A stretch of 64,000 nucleotides of DNA from Bugula neritina (taxonomy: Eukaryota > Animalia > Bryozoa). Made by a program: the position numbers and the translations under genes. Of the stretch, positions 42,622 through 57,538 are shown piece by piece. The DNA lies in assembly GCA_964035545.1 (NCBI GenBank), contig OZ037769.1:868001-932000 (forward strand). The letters are read 5' to 3'. The stretch's first letter is position 1, and each line of letters opens with the position of its first letter. Under the pieces are notes generated by a model, which saw only the letters and a list, made by a program, of their open reading frames with translations, ran no database searches and had not been told where the DNA came from.

Positions 42622-44126
42622 TCTTAGACTGATTTAACCAAGCAATTTCGATTCAAATATGGTTTCTAAAAAGTTACATTTACTCTACATGTATCTGTAT
42701 AGTACAAGACATGCACTGTGTGCTGCAGTTAATCTATAACTAACTTTATCAACTTAGCTCATGAATAGAAGGAGTTTATATTTTAACTTCCTCCTAGTAC
42801 CTATAATGTATTATTCACTCAGCGCTTGCTAATTCATAAGCAAATTGAATATGATCATTAGATAAGCAAACATGTATATCTATAGATAGTAACCAACTTC
42901 CCTATTATATACACTATGTTGAGTATTCTATACTATATACTGCACTAGTTATATGAGGGTTATTTATTTTTCTTAGTTATTTGAATAAAGAACTATTACA
43001 ATGTTTTGCTTTACAATCACATTGAAAACTGATTACCCCATCTAGTATCTAATGTTATACTCACAATCTTGCTCACTGTTAGCAGTTCAGTTTCCTGCAA
43101 TTAGAAACTTCTCTTATCAATTTTGTTTTTCTTGTTGGGTGCAAATACAGATTTCAAAATCACAGAAGAAATATTTTGCTTTCAAAACCAAAATATGCTT
43201 CAATATTACATCAACATACATCTAATGCTAATTCATAAGTATTTTGAAAATACAATACTTGAAAAAACTGAACAATACACACACTGTTGTCAGTTATTGT
43301 ACAGCTAATCATATTATACCAGTTCATTTTCTGCGAAGAATAAAGGCAATGCCTATAATACAGGTGTTGAAATGCGTAGCTATGGAGTAAGTGTAAGAGA
43401 TTAATACTCTGCAATAGATTGTAGTTATTGTAATATATAATCATGTGTTTTATCATAGCATTGTAGCTATACAAGCTTTTAGAGAAAAAGCTATGAAAAG
43501 CTTTCAGCTAAATAGCTAATGCTTGATGTATAAATAATGTTTCTAATCTCTCTGTACTATGCAACTAGTTAATACATGTCCTACTCCCAATAATACATGT
43601 TTATTATAAATAATTCTATAGCTAATATTGCAGAGTATCAATTTATATAGAAATTGCTTTTCATAGATTTATTGGGATTAAAGATGATGGTTGAAACAGA
43701 CTTTGTAGCTAGGTATATGCACCTATATTGTATAATAAAAGAATAACTTTTTAAAACTTATCTCATTCACCATCACAGTGCAAAATACAACTACTAATAA
43801 ATTTGTTATTAAATTTCAGAGCATGTGGGCAAAAAATAGAAAAGCAGTAAATAAAATTGTTTGTTCTGACAAATGATAAAATTCTAATATTCAGTAATGT
43901 GAGTTTTAGTAGTGCAAAAAATAAATAATTCAAACTAAAATATAACTTTACAAAACTGAGTTGTGAAGACAATTCACATGGTATCAAAAAATTGGTAGAA
44001 GTATTAAATACTAAATACAAGCATGTAAAAGTTTTCAGTTGCAAAAAGCAGTAGAATCAGAAATAAAGTGTGCATAATTAAGCAAGCAATTATAATACTG
44101 TGTTTACTGTAATATATATAGTATAG

Positions 44127-47100
44127 TCAAATGACTGGTGATGTCATTTCCTGTCTGTTCTCATAAAGAGGAAATGTTGTGTTCAGTTGAAGTTGTTCAT
44201 ATGCTAATGATGGAGAGGTGGTGAGCTGCTCGTAAGTGTTGGTGGGAGGATTTGCTGAGTTTGAGGGTCGAGTAGACATAGGTTCTTCATATACTTCATG
44301 TTTATCAGATGGGGTGTCTCTACAGGGCAGACTACTTCTTTTCAAGAAGAGAATAATACTACCCAGTGTAACCACTGCTAGTACCAGAACTACCACCACT
44401 CCAATCAAACCATCTAAATGAAATTCATATAATTAATAAAATAATAAACAAAATAAAGAAAATTTTTATCTATATAGGTATAAATAAGATAAGTAGAGTG
44501 GAAAACCCTGCTAAAGCTCTAATGCATGAAACAATAAAGAATTTTCTGCAAACAAGTTTAATCGCAGCAAAACCATTATTGTAAAACATAAGGCTTTTTG
44601 GCTGCAGCTTGAAATTCTTGATTTGCTCCAATCATCTGTCAGTTTGAACCCCAGTAGCTGACACTTCCTAACCAGTTGTTTAAGTTACTGAGTACTTTAT
44701 ATATGCATGTATAACTGAATACTAGTCTAATGACAGTTTAACAGCATCACTTACCCCTTTGTGACTGAGGGTATAATCCACTGTTCCCTGTGACATCAGT
44801 AGATTCACCATCTCTGACCAACAAGCAACCAGGGTCATGTGACCAGTTACCAGACTCTGTACAGACAGGATCTGTAGTCTTAGTATAACCATCATCACAT
44901 GAGTAGAGTAGATTATCTCCTCTGTAATATCTGTCTGTCTGTATGTCTCCATTACATTGATTAAGTGCTGCCGGCTCACATTCAACTGTCATAATAGACA
45001 GTAAAATGTATAGAAAATATGAACCAAAATAAATGAAATGATGCCAAACTATTATGTAAAAATTTTTGTTGAGTTTTTCTTTTCATGTATAAAAAAATGA
45101 TAATATACTTTTAAGCTTGTAGCAAACTTGTATTATATGCTAAAAATAAAAATCACAATTAATCACCTGTTTGTGTACATTCTGGAATACTGGGCCAAGT
45201 TTTATCATGTTGACACTGTAACACATCCATGTTTGTTTTCTTGTAACCATAGTAACAGTCATATGATAGAACTTCTTGGTAGACATATGTGTGAGTTATC
45301 CCTCCTTTAGATGTGATCATAGTAGTGGAGTCATTGATGGAGAGATCAGTGATGTCACACTCAACTAAAATTGTTAATAAAAAACAAACTTGCAAATGGC
45401 AATGAGATTTTTACACAAAAAGATTTTATACTTGTTATTATTAAAATTTAGTATGTCAAAAAATAAAATATGCAGTTTCAGTTACAAATATTGTACATAT
45501 ATATGTATTCTTTACAGTACATTTTCACAACTGTGTTATATACCTATTGTACATGTTAGAAATATATTACTCCATATCCATGGTATATTATCTGTATCAG
45601 TAGAACTACATCTAGATACAACTTCTTCTATTCCATCTCTACTCTCATATCCTTTTATACACTCATATACTGTTGTATGAGTATCAGTCTTAGTTTTATT
45701 AGTAAACTCAACATTTCTTGGCTCTTCTGTACAGTAGGGGACTATAAAATACAATTATAAGTATTATGTTAAGTTAATAGAGACATTTTAAATATAATAT
45801 TTCTATTACGTAGCTTTATATTATGAATACATACCTGGAATACATCTGATCTCTGATTGGTTGACCCACTTAGCCTCTGTACCATCTACTTTACATTCAG
45901 AAGTTGAGCTATACTTCAACTGATAGTCAGTATCTTCACAAGAATAGTTTATTATTGTACCAGGAAACCAGGGAGATTCAGTAGATGGAGTACTTGTCAC
46001 ATGATCTATTTCAGGTTTATCTCCGCATGCTAGAACTGCCAAAGAAAACAAAAGTAAGCTCATATGTGGTAGAAACAGGGAGAAAGTCTAAGATATTTCT
46101 GAAAATACTTTTAATTGTAGTTTTCACAATCTAATTTTGGCAGTGAATGCATTATAATATAATATAATAATTATGTTATAAACTCTTATATGTATAAATT
46201 TCTCACTCACCTGTAAACGTAATCATAAAGAATACTGAGTCTACATCTCCAAATAGAGGATCTGGTTTTTGTTCATATCTCACAGAGAGTTGGTTGTTTG
46301 TAGAGGTTATGTCATGTAGATATCCACCAGGGAAGTTAGCAAACTCCTGATTATCAATAAACCAAGAGATTCTGGATGATTCTGTAAACTCAGTAATCAT
46401 ATCAAACCTAACATAGCGAGCTTCACTTGGTAGGTTTGATATTTTAAACTCACAGGATGATAATGACTGTTTATTAGTTGTATAAGAGCTGGTGAATATT
46501 CCAGTCAACTGTTCAACTTGAGGTCTGTCTGGTATCTGAATACCTTCACCACAGGATGTTACTGTAAAACCCCAGCAAATGGCATATTATATATTATTTT
46601 ACACAATACAAATAATTGTTATATTTTGTAGATATTTTTTCACAGCAATATTTTAGTAGAAAGTGAATTGAGAAAAAGCCAGTCTCACAACTCAGCTGAT
46701 CATAGCAAACTTAAGATAACATGTCATAAACACTTACTAAAGTTTAGTGTAGTGTTGAGGGAACCTTATTAAACGGCTTATATACTTTCTAATATACATG
46801 GAGTCTGCTAACAATATATCTTAACTACTTGTTTGCACAGGCAAGCTGCTAAATGCTAACTCAAGATTATTACTAACCTCAATGCAATAAGAATGCTATA
46901 CTCTAGCTACTAGTGTTTGAAATTTTTTTAATATAAAAAGATACATTCATAGATATACAAGAGACATTATGAATTCAGTAATTTCTACCTGTTGTAAAGA
47001 ACTCCAGGTTAAACTCTATCATGTTGCTGAGGTTAGAAACTGATAATACAGACTTTTCTTGAGTGAACTTCTGTATTATACCAGGTCTTGTAGAGTCAAT

Positions 47101-47544
47101 ACAGTATGGTGTACCATCTATCTGTATCCCTTTCTGTATCTCTGGACAGATAGCACCTTCAGCAGCTTCATCAACTCCTGGTATACTGATATAACTACCA
47201 GCAGGTGCTCTCAGAGTTAGACTACATCTAGCAGGTGCTCTCTCTATCTCTCTATGTTCTATTATCCCTGCATATCCTCTATCAACTGTCACTGTATTAT
47301 TATCACATATATTCACTGGTTTAATATCTTGTCCTTTTATCAATATGATAATATAACCACTCAGTAGCAGCAGGAGTTGTCTTCTAACTGACTGAAATAA
47401 GAACGTTTAATATTAGTGTATATATATAAACTCCTACATTTTGCACAGTAAAGCTCAACCAAATTCTATGCATGACTAACCCTTTGCACTGCTGATCCTA
47501 CTAACTAATATCAATATAATGTACATACACTGTGTACTTACCAT
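44127..47544 (-). CDS. Receptor paralogue 4 (class A tail, CCP x4), ~623 aa
   Basis: Exons 47542-47544, 46989-47391, 46211-46561, 45835-46035, 45544-45741, 45167-45364, 44755-44985, 44127-44413, all in frame. Confidence 0.85.
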
Positions 47545-49229
47545 TGTATTGAAGGTACTCTGTAAGTAGATAGTTTATGTACAAGCTGTGATGTGTACAC
47601 CTTGTGTTGTATCTTATACACAGTATAGACTTATATATTCCCAATAATACTAGTCAGGGAGTAAAGTATAGTCTATTATCACAAGTCAAAAACTTCAGTA
47701 TATATACCTGTGAATTACAGTTATACTTCCTTGTAGAAAGATAAATAATATTATCACAATGATTATATTCAACTAGATATATGAACACCTTCACTCTAAT
47801 CATTCATTCTAGTCATATACATAGTTATCATACAATACAATATCAAGGTATATTACGTACTTCATACATGGAGGTATACCTCTTTAGTGTTTAGTAGATG
47901 GTCTCTGCTGGTTATTCATCAACTTCTAACTGCAATTAATAATGAATTTAGAAGCCTTTCACCAAAAGGTGTAGGCGTAAGATTTAATACAATTTAAAAC
48001 CATTTAGATTACCCTTTATTGTTTAGGAATTAAAAGCTACCAAAGTTACCACTGGAAAGCAATTAGGATGTACTCATGTCTATATATTATTTGTTTTGTA
48101 TAAAAGTAATGAAATAATAGTTAAGTGTTTTCTCAATGTTTATAACCAACTGCAACTGTGACAAACTAATATTTTAAAGCATACAATTAAATATAAGCAC
48201 ACTTTTATGCATGAATTCAACAACCTCTTGTTTAGAAAGCATACTGTAGCAGTCTCGTTTCAATTTGTAAAAAGTACAAAATTTATTAAGATTTCTGAAT
48301 TTTAAAATCTACAAAATGTATAGGCCCTGGCCAAGTGCATGGAGCGCAAACTTATGACTAGATAGGAAACAAATAAATAATTAGAAGATATTTACTTGGA
48401 AGTTCAGGAGTCCCAATATTTCCAATACCAGCGAGCAAGATGAGAGAGTATATTGTTTACAAAGTATACAATACAGTTTACTGGGTGTATCTTAATTTAT
48501 TTATATTTTAGGTGAAACATTTCAATACAAGTAAAAAGTTCAGCTGTTTTCTATATTTATATATTATATTCCGTAGGTAGATGTTGTACAGCATTAGTGT
48601 ATATATTCCGTAGGTAGATATAGATGGTCTGACAGCATGGCCTTACGCAGGTACACATCTATAATAACACTGATTTCTGACAAAACATAAAATACTACAA
48701 TAGCAACTCAGTAATAACAGCTTTAACAGCTATTAATGAATATTTTTGTCATTTGATAGCTGAATATCAAGTAAACTCTTCAAAGCTCTAGATTTATGCT
48801 AGACCAGAAAGTATAATATTATAATTGTTAGAATGATAATACAGCAGAAAGCTAGCTAATGTAGATAATATTTATTAAGGAGGGAATAACTCCATACATG
48901 CTAGTTTAAAGTTGCATTTATACATCTTTTGAATCTCAACCCGGCCAAATTGAATTTCTGACTAAAAACCGTGAAGATATAAAAGCAACTTTACTCTAAA
49001 GAGCGACTCTCTTGATATTAACTATAAATGTCATTACTGAGAGCATAACTGAAACTTGTATCTACTCAAGACAAGAGAGTATAATAAATATAATCTTTAT
49101 GCAAAGAAATAAAACATACAGTGAGAAAATCTCTACTATAAAGTAACATTGTGAATTCCATACATGTTGTATGAATAATGGTTTATGATGCTCACGATTC
49201 CTCTCTATATTAGTATAATGTCTCAGGAG

Positions 49230-52200
49230 TTATGCCACTTTAGTTGATGGCAAATTGCTGATGCCCACACCTACGAACTCGTAAGTGTTGGTGTTGTTGA
49301 GAGAATTTGCTGAGTTTGAGGGTTGAGTATACATAGGTTCTTCATATACTTCATGTTTATCAGATGGGGTGTCTCTACAGGGCAGACTACTTCTTTTCAA
49401 GTAGAGAATAATACTACCCAGTGTAACCACTGCTAGTACCAGAACTACCACCACTCCAATAAAACTATCTAAAACATGTCATGTGTTTTATAAAATGTAA
49501 CACAAAATAGCAAGAGTGAAAGTTTGACAGAGCTCAAAAGAATAGCACAGAGAATTTATAAATAAAATGTGGATAATTAATCGTAATTAAGTAAAACAAA
49601 GTTTATGCTGGTAACAATGTTTGAGTTTTAAAAGCTATAGTTAACACAGAATAACGTCTCTGTTTTAGTTAAAATCATCTCAATCAATTTTCCCTGAATT
49701 TGAATGTGAACTGTGGTGGCGTAATGGTAGTGCGCCTGCTGTAACCCAGAGTTCTCGGGTTCGAATCTCAGTGGGGGTAAAAGTTTTATGCTATCTCATT
49801 GGTTTATCAGATTATCTTCTGGCTCCAAGAGTTGGTGAAACTAATTTAATGTGTCTACTAGCTGATTATTGTATTAGAAATTTAAATTTTGCTTTTAACA
49901 GTCAATTTAACAGCAAAAACATACCTCTTTGTGACTGAAGGTAGATGTTGCTCTGCTCTAAGACTTCAAGACGTTTACAATCTTCAACCAACAAACAACC
50001 AGGGTCATGTGACCAGTTACCAGACTTTGTACAAACAGGATCTGTAGCCTTAGTATAACCAATATCACATGAGTAGAGTAGATTATTTCCTCCGTAATAT
50101 CTGCCTGTCTGTAAGTCTCCGTTACTTAGAATCAGTATTGTAGGGTCACATTCAACTATCGAAATAATGAAAAGCACTACTATACTTTAAGTTACTCAGC
50201 AATCATAGTTTTGCAGTTTTTAAAAACTTGATTAAAAATACGCTGCTTATTAAAATATTAGTAACTATTTTTAACAATGCGATTTGTGTGCAAAGGAGAG
50301 GTTATACTTGCTTACAATAATATTATAATTTAGTATATAAAAATTACAACATACAGTTTTAGCTCATACACAGGAGTACATATATCAATTATGAACACAT
50401 AATTGTTTGCAGTATATTATTACTATATATACATATACCTGGTGTACATGTTAGAGATATATTACTCCATATCCATGTATATTATCTGTATCAGTAGAAC
50501 TACATCTAGATACAACTTCTTCTATTCCATCTCTACTCTCATATCCTTTTATACACTCATATACTGTTATATGAGTATCAGTCTTAGTTTTATCAGTAAA
50601 CTCAACATCTCTTGGCTCCTCTGTACAGTAGGGGACTAGAAAAGTACAATTGGAAGCCTTATATTCAGATATTAAAGAAATTCTATATATAATTCTCATT
50701 ATACAGTTTTATGTCATGGATACATACCTGGAATACATCTGATCTCTGATTGGTTGACCCACTTAGCCTCTGTACCATCTATTTTACATTCAGAAGTTGA
50801 GTTATACTTCAACTGATAGTCAGTATCTTCACAAAAATAGTTTATTATTGTACCAGGAAACCAGGGAGATTCAGTAGATGGAGTACTTGTCACATGATCT
50901 ACTTCAGGTTTATCTCCACATGTCAGTACTGTGAAACATACAAAATAACAAGCAGCAAGATAAACTAAAACTAGTCTAATATTATATGTTTTAAAAAGAA
51001 AATTTCTCATTGGTTTGATCAGTCTAATGGTTATATTTATTGCTCCAATTATAATGTGCATTTTCCACTCACCTGTAAACTGAATCATAAAGAATACAGA
51101 CTCTACATCTCCAGATACAGGATCTCCCTCATTTTCATATCTCACAGAGAGTTGGTTGTTTGTAGAGGTTATGTCATGTAGATATCCATCAGGGAAGTTA
51201 GCAAACTCCTGATTATCAATAAACCAGGAGATTCTGGATGATTCTGTAAGCTCAGTAATAATACTAAACTTAACGTAGTGAGCTTCACTTGGTAGGTTTG
51301 ACATTGTAAACTCACAGGATGATAATGACTGTTTATTAGTTGTATAAGAACTGGTGAATATTCCAGTCAACTGTTCAACTTGAGGTCTGTCTGGTATCTG
51401 AATACCTTCACCACGGGATGTCACTGTAACAGAAATATGTCTACATATATTGAACATATATACTACTTTTGCCACAAAGTGAAATGGTCTTCACAGCTTG
51501 CTAGAAAACCTTTTTCATCAAGGCTCTTCTCACAAGAATGGCAAACATCAACCCTCCTGTTATATACCAAGGACTTTATAGAGTGTTCCTAATAATATCT
51601 TACTAATTTGGTGTAACACATGTTTGATATTTAATATACTGGCTATGGTATGATATATCCTACAACCTAGATGTTATCTCTTAATGTTGATTAATCTATA
51701 TCCACCAGTCAATAGATAATTGATATTTCTTATATTGTAAATGCCAATAAGGTCTGCTGAATATACTGTAAATAAATATATTGTGTTTAGGTAAGTTGAA
51801 TCGACATAACAAAAGTCAAAACTGAGGGCGACACTAGCTGAGACTGCAGAATTGGCCATCTGCAAACTGGCAAAATTTCATTGCTACTTCTAAAACCACT
51901 GTTTTTCAGTTTCCCTTTAAACATCTTCTTTTTGTAAAAACTTTGCAATGAAAACATGAAATGCAGTAACGCTGCTAAATAACAGCACTTTTTAATAGTT
52001 AGGTGTTCTGTCATTTTGTCACATATATATATATATATATAACGTACTCTTATCCTTTAACTATACACAGCAGCGATTTTGTTTTACTGTTACAAATTAT
52101 CTTCCAATATTCTTTTACTGCCTGGAAAGGGGGGAAGGGGGGGGGGTGATTAAAAGGCTGGTATCACCATTGTATATAGTAATTTGACACATTGAAACAC

Positions 52201-53080
52201 TAATTTAATCATTGTCATATTATTCTACTGCAAGAGGTCAGTACATTGTTCTTATAAAGTTATATAATATATAGAGAGGTGAGTGGAATGAGGCTTTAAT
52301 AAACCAGCCTTGAATGTTTGAATACAAGATTAACATATAGCGAAAAATATTTTATGAAAACTACACTTTTTCCTAACATATTCATCTAGCTATATTACAT
52401 ACTCAATTTATGAAATACAAAACTTTTTTGAATTAATTTTCCCAATAACTATTATAACGAAATACTTCAAAGTATTTACATTTCCTTCAGACAACAAAAC
52501 TAGCCAAAGATACATAAACATATATATTAATACTTACCTGTTGTAAAAACCTCCAAGTTAAATCCTGTCACATTGCTGAGAGTAGAAACTGATAACACAG
52601 ACTGTTCTGGAGTGAACTTCTGTATTATACCAGGTTCTGTAAAGTCAATACAGTATGTTGTACTATTTATTTGTATCTCTGGACAGATAGTACCTTCTTC
52701 AGCTGCCTTAACTCCTGGTATACTGATATAACTACCAGCAGGTGCTCTCAGAGTTAGACTACATCTAACAGGTGCTCCCTCTACCTCTCTATGTTCTATT
52801 ATCCCTGCATATCCTCTATCAACTGTCACTGTATTATTATCACATATATTCACTGGTTTAATGTCTTGTCCTTTTATCAATATGATAATATAACCACTCA
52901 GTAGCAGCAGGAGTTGTCTTCTGACTGACTGAAACAAAAACGTTTAATATTAGTGTATAATATACACTTCTTCACTTTGTACAGAAAAACTGAATCAAAT
53001 AATATGCATGGTTCCTTTTATGCACTGCTGATTCTGCTAACTAATATCAATATAATGTACATATACTGTGTACTTACCAT
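49230..53080 (-). pseudogene. Receptor paralogue 5 (class B tail, CCP x3), frameshifted in the second CCP exon
   Basis: Exons 53078-53080, 52538-52928, 51073-51423, 50728-50928, 50439-50635, 49925-50155, 49230-49468. The 50439-50635 exon is 197 nt versus 198 in paralogues, turning NIPWIW into NIHGYGVIYL*. Also Cys to Arg in CUB-like 2 (TSCG to TSRG). Confidence 0.75.
49711..49845 (+). mobile_element. tRNA-derived SINE-like element in the last intron of paralogue 5
   Basis: A-box TGGCGTAATGG, B-box GGTTCGAATCT; same position and sequence as 34507-34640. Confidence 0.6.
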
Positions 53081-54433
53081 TGTGTTGAAGATACTCTGTA
53101 AGTAGATAGTTTATGTACAATCTGTGATGTGTACACCTTGTGTTGTATCTTATACGCAGTATAGACTTATATATTCCCAATAATACTAGTCAGGGAGTAA
53201 AGTATAGACTATTATCACAAGTCAAATACTTCAGTATATATACTTGTGAATTACATAGTTATACTTCCTTGTAGAAAATTAAATTATATTATTACAATGC
53301 AATCATTTAATTTAATATATGTATGAAGCTTGTACAAATTTAATTTGTCAATTCAATTATAAAAGCCTTTGTATGCTGTTAAGTTTGTCACTTATCATTG
53401 TACTTACACATTGTAAAAATAGCCCATCAAGTCTTGGCCTTATCCCTATTCTATGTTAGTTATAGCTTTAATAGAGATATCATTGATATTATATGCTATA
53501 TTGTAAAGCTCTACAGCTTCTGTCAGTGCTTGATCATATTATAGACATGATACAGTAGACTTAACTATATTCCCCAACAACAGTGCTACTCCGACAAATA
53601 TACAAGCTAGAAAATTCGTTGCCTGCAGCAATAACGACTTCAATGCTTAAGGATTCATAGGAATTTAGGATAAATTAGTTTGAAGAAGTAATGTGCACTG
53701 TGCCGATCAAGCTAAATTTATTTGAAAAAGTAGGAGTATAGAATTTATTAGATTTTAGTGCCTTACGCTCTAAAAATGAGCTAAATATAGCCTAATACAT
53801 GAGAGAATATACTGTTCGTAAAGTATACAATACATTCATAATAGATAATAATAATGAATATTTCTTTATTTATAAATAAATAACTCCAGACAAGAAAACT
53901 ATTTGGTATTATAATATAATTTTATTAATTGCGCTTTAATAAAAAGTGATATGGCATGAGAAAACTTGTAAAACTTGTAGCCTTATAGTTAAAACCTTAA
54001 AAGAAAAAGAGCTAAAAAACCCTTCATTATAATTAATTTAATTCAAACTGGAAATAGTTAGCAGCTGTGGTTTAGGAATAGCTCAGTGAATGTCTTACAG
54101 GTACAAATGGCAAATGAAATTATACAAAAATAGAAACTAAAAGTTGTAATCAATAAACGTGCTAATCAAAAACTAAAGAAAAATAACTGTAATTGGAAAG
54201 TGAAATAAACAAAATGGGATGAATGGGATAGGTATTATAAAATTCTAAACTGAAGTTGCTTAAAATTTTTCCAATAAAAATGCTGACAATGCAAAAATCA
54301 AAAGTCCACTTCGCCAGCAAATAGCATATAGAAAAATATTCATTTACTGAAAAATGATCACTACAACTACAAGTTAATTTTATTAAAAATAAAAAGTATA
54401 AATTGCATATAATTTACTATATAATTCCAACAG

Positions 54434-57400
54434 TTAAATATTTTCATAAGCTGATGATTCTACTTGCAGCTTTTCATATGTTGGTGCAGGAATGCTGTTG
54501 TTTTGTAACTTTTCATAAAGAGAGCTCTCATTGTTTACAGGGTTGCCATTGGTTACTGATGTAGACGTGTCCATTTCCTCATAGTTATGAGTAGCTGAGT
54601 TCACTCTGGGAGAGAGTTGAGTAGACATGGGTTCCTCGTACACATCAGGTACAGAAGATGGGTGGGTTGTACAGGGCAAACTATTTCTTTTCAAGTAGAG
54701 TATTATAATAGTGATTGTAATCACAGCTACAGGTACTGCTATGATCAGAGCAATGAGACCTCCTGGAAAGAAGTTAATGTTAAGTCTATATAAACATGTG
54801 TAATTCTAACAAATTTATATTTGCAGTAGACAGCCACTAAACTCTAGTGAGAGAGTATATAATATATAAAATAGAAAAAACAAGAACTCACCACTTAGTG
54901 GCACAATCTTTTCATCTATGGTAGTAGAATGAGTCATATCCTCAGATACAACACAACCAGGGTCATGTGACCAGTTACCAGACTCTGTACAGACAGGATC
55001 TGCAGTCTTAGTATAACCATCATCACATGAGTAGAGTAGATTATCTCCTCTGTAATATCTGTCTAGTGTGATGGCACCATTAGCTAGGGTTAGTGCTGCT
55101 GGGTCACACTCAGCTGTTAAGAAATGACAAAGTCTGTTGAGGTAATTTTACATATGAAAACATGATAACAAGCTAAATTATAGGAATACTCTATTTTATG
55201 CTGATTATTGAAAGCCAGAAATAATGACCTGTTTGTGTACATTCTGGAATACTGGACCAAGTTTTATCATGTTGACACTGTATCACATTCATGTTTGTTT
55301 TCTTGTAACCATAGTAACAGTCATATGATAAAACTTCTTGGTAGACATATGTGTGAGTTGTCCCTCCTTCAGATGTGATGTTAGTAGTGGAAACATTGAT
55401 GGAGAGATCAGTGATGTCACACTCAACTAAAATAATTATTAAAAAGCAAACTTGCAGATGGCAATGAAATATTCTGCAAAAATATTTTAAGCTGTCATTA
55501 TTATAACTTAGTATGTTAAATTTAAAGTATGTGGTTTTGGCTATAAAGATTATAGTATGTAATATATTTACAATATATCTACACTTTACAGTATATTGTA
55601 AATATATACATATACATGATGTGCATGTTGGAGATATATTACTCCATATCCATGGTATATTATCTGTATCAGTAGAACTACATCTAGATACAACTTCTTC
55701 TATTCCATCTCTACTCTCATATCCTTTTATACACTCATATACTATTGTATGAGTATCAGTCTTAGTTTTAGCAGTAAACTCAACATCTCTTGGCTCTTCT
55801 GTACAGTAGGGGACTATAAAATACAATTATAGGTATTATATTCAGGTATTAGATGAAGTGTATATAATATAATACTTATCATGCAAGCTTCTGCTATAAA
55901 TATATATATACCTGAAATACATCTGATCTCTGATTGGTTGACCCACTTAGCCTTTGTACCATCTACTTTACATTCAGAAGTTGAGTTATACTTCAACTGG
56001 TAGTCAGTATCTTCACAAGAATAGTTTATTATTGTACCAGGAAACCAGGGAGATTCAGTAGATGGAGTACTTGTCACATGATCTATTTCAGGTTTATCTC
56101 CACATGTCAACACTGTAAAAGTACACCAAAGTATGAGCTCATATGCGGCAGACAATCTGCATTTTCAAAATCTGAAATAGTTTTAATTGTAGTTTTCAGA
56201 ATATTATAATGTTTTATCTATAATAATATTTTGGTAGTGATTGCATCATAATATATGTCTTCAAGCAGAACTTTTTTACTTTGTTTTGCTCACTCACCTG
56301 TAAACTGAATCATAAAGAATATTTTATCATTATCTCCAGATACAGGATCTCCCTCATTCTCATATCTCACAGAGAGTTGGTTGTTTGTAGAGGTTATGTT
56401 ATGTAGATATCCATCAGGGAAGTTAGCAAACTCCTGATTATCAATAAACCAGGAGATTCTGGATGATTCTGTAAACTCAGTAATCATATCAAACCTAACA
56501 TAGTGAGCTTCGCTTGGTAGGTTTGATATTGTAAGCTCACAGGATGACAATTCTTGTTTATTAGTTGTATAAGAGCTGGTGAATATTCCAGTCAACTGTT
56601 CAACTTGAGGTCTGTCTGGTATCTGAATATCTTTACTACAGGATGTCACTGTATAACAGACATAGCAAAAGTTTAATTTATTGCGTTATTTCTTTAGATG
56701 TGTTCTGCTGCAAATTGTATCACCTAATAAACTTTTTATTGCATATGAACATTTTATTACAAGGTTGTAAGCCTCTCAATTTTGACAATTACTATACACT
56801 TGTTGAGTGGACGTTACTAAATTATTTATTCTGTAATATACACCGTACACATGATACATAATATAACATTTCTTAACTATAACATGTACTTGTTTGTACA
56901 GACAAGTTAACTATACTTTAAAGGACCTATTGGCTAATGGATTTTATACTTTTAAATCCTGGATATACATTTTCTCCAAGAGAAAAAATTACTTACAAGC
57001 AGAGAAAACTTTGTAAGTTAATTTCACCTGTTGTATTATAATGTTTTTACCTGTTGTAACGAATTCCAAGTTGAACCCTACCATGTTGCTGAGAGTAGAA
57101 ACTGATAATACAGACTGTTCTTGAGTGAACTTCTGTATTATACCAGGTTCTGTAGAGTCAATACAATAGCGTGTACCATCCATTTGTATCTCTGAACAGA
57201 CATCAATATCAGCAGCTACAATAACTCCTGGTATACTGATATAACTACCAGCAGGTGCTCTCAGTGTTAGACTACATCTAACAGGTGCTCCCTGTATCTC
57301 TCTATGGGCTATTATCCCTGCATATCCTCTATCAACTGTCACTGTATTATTATCACATATATTCACTGGTTTAATATCTTGTCCTTCTATCAATATGACT

Positions 57401-57538
57401 GTGTAGATACTCAGCAGTATGAGTTGCAGAGGGAGAAACTAAAATATAATTAAATTAGATACGTAATGAAAACTGTAGATTGTAAGATTATATACTAGAT
57501 ACTATCCCATGTGTGTGTAAATAAGTTTTACTCACCAT
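54434..57538 (-). CDS. Receptor paralogue 6 (class C tail, CCP x4), ~629 aa
   Basis: Exons 57536-57538, 57051-57438, 56298-56648, 55912-56112, 55616-55813, 55229-55426, 54892-55113, 54434-54762 join in frame; two weak donors (CAT|GTATAT, CAG|GTCATT). Confidence 0.82.

Noticed and set aside
50714-51475. Long ORFs reading through introns (also 55191..55826)
   Set aside because: Canonical splice sites match the paralogues; stop-free short introns are probably chance, though retention is not excluded.
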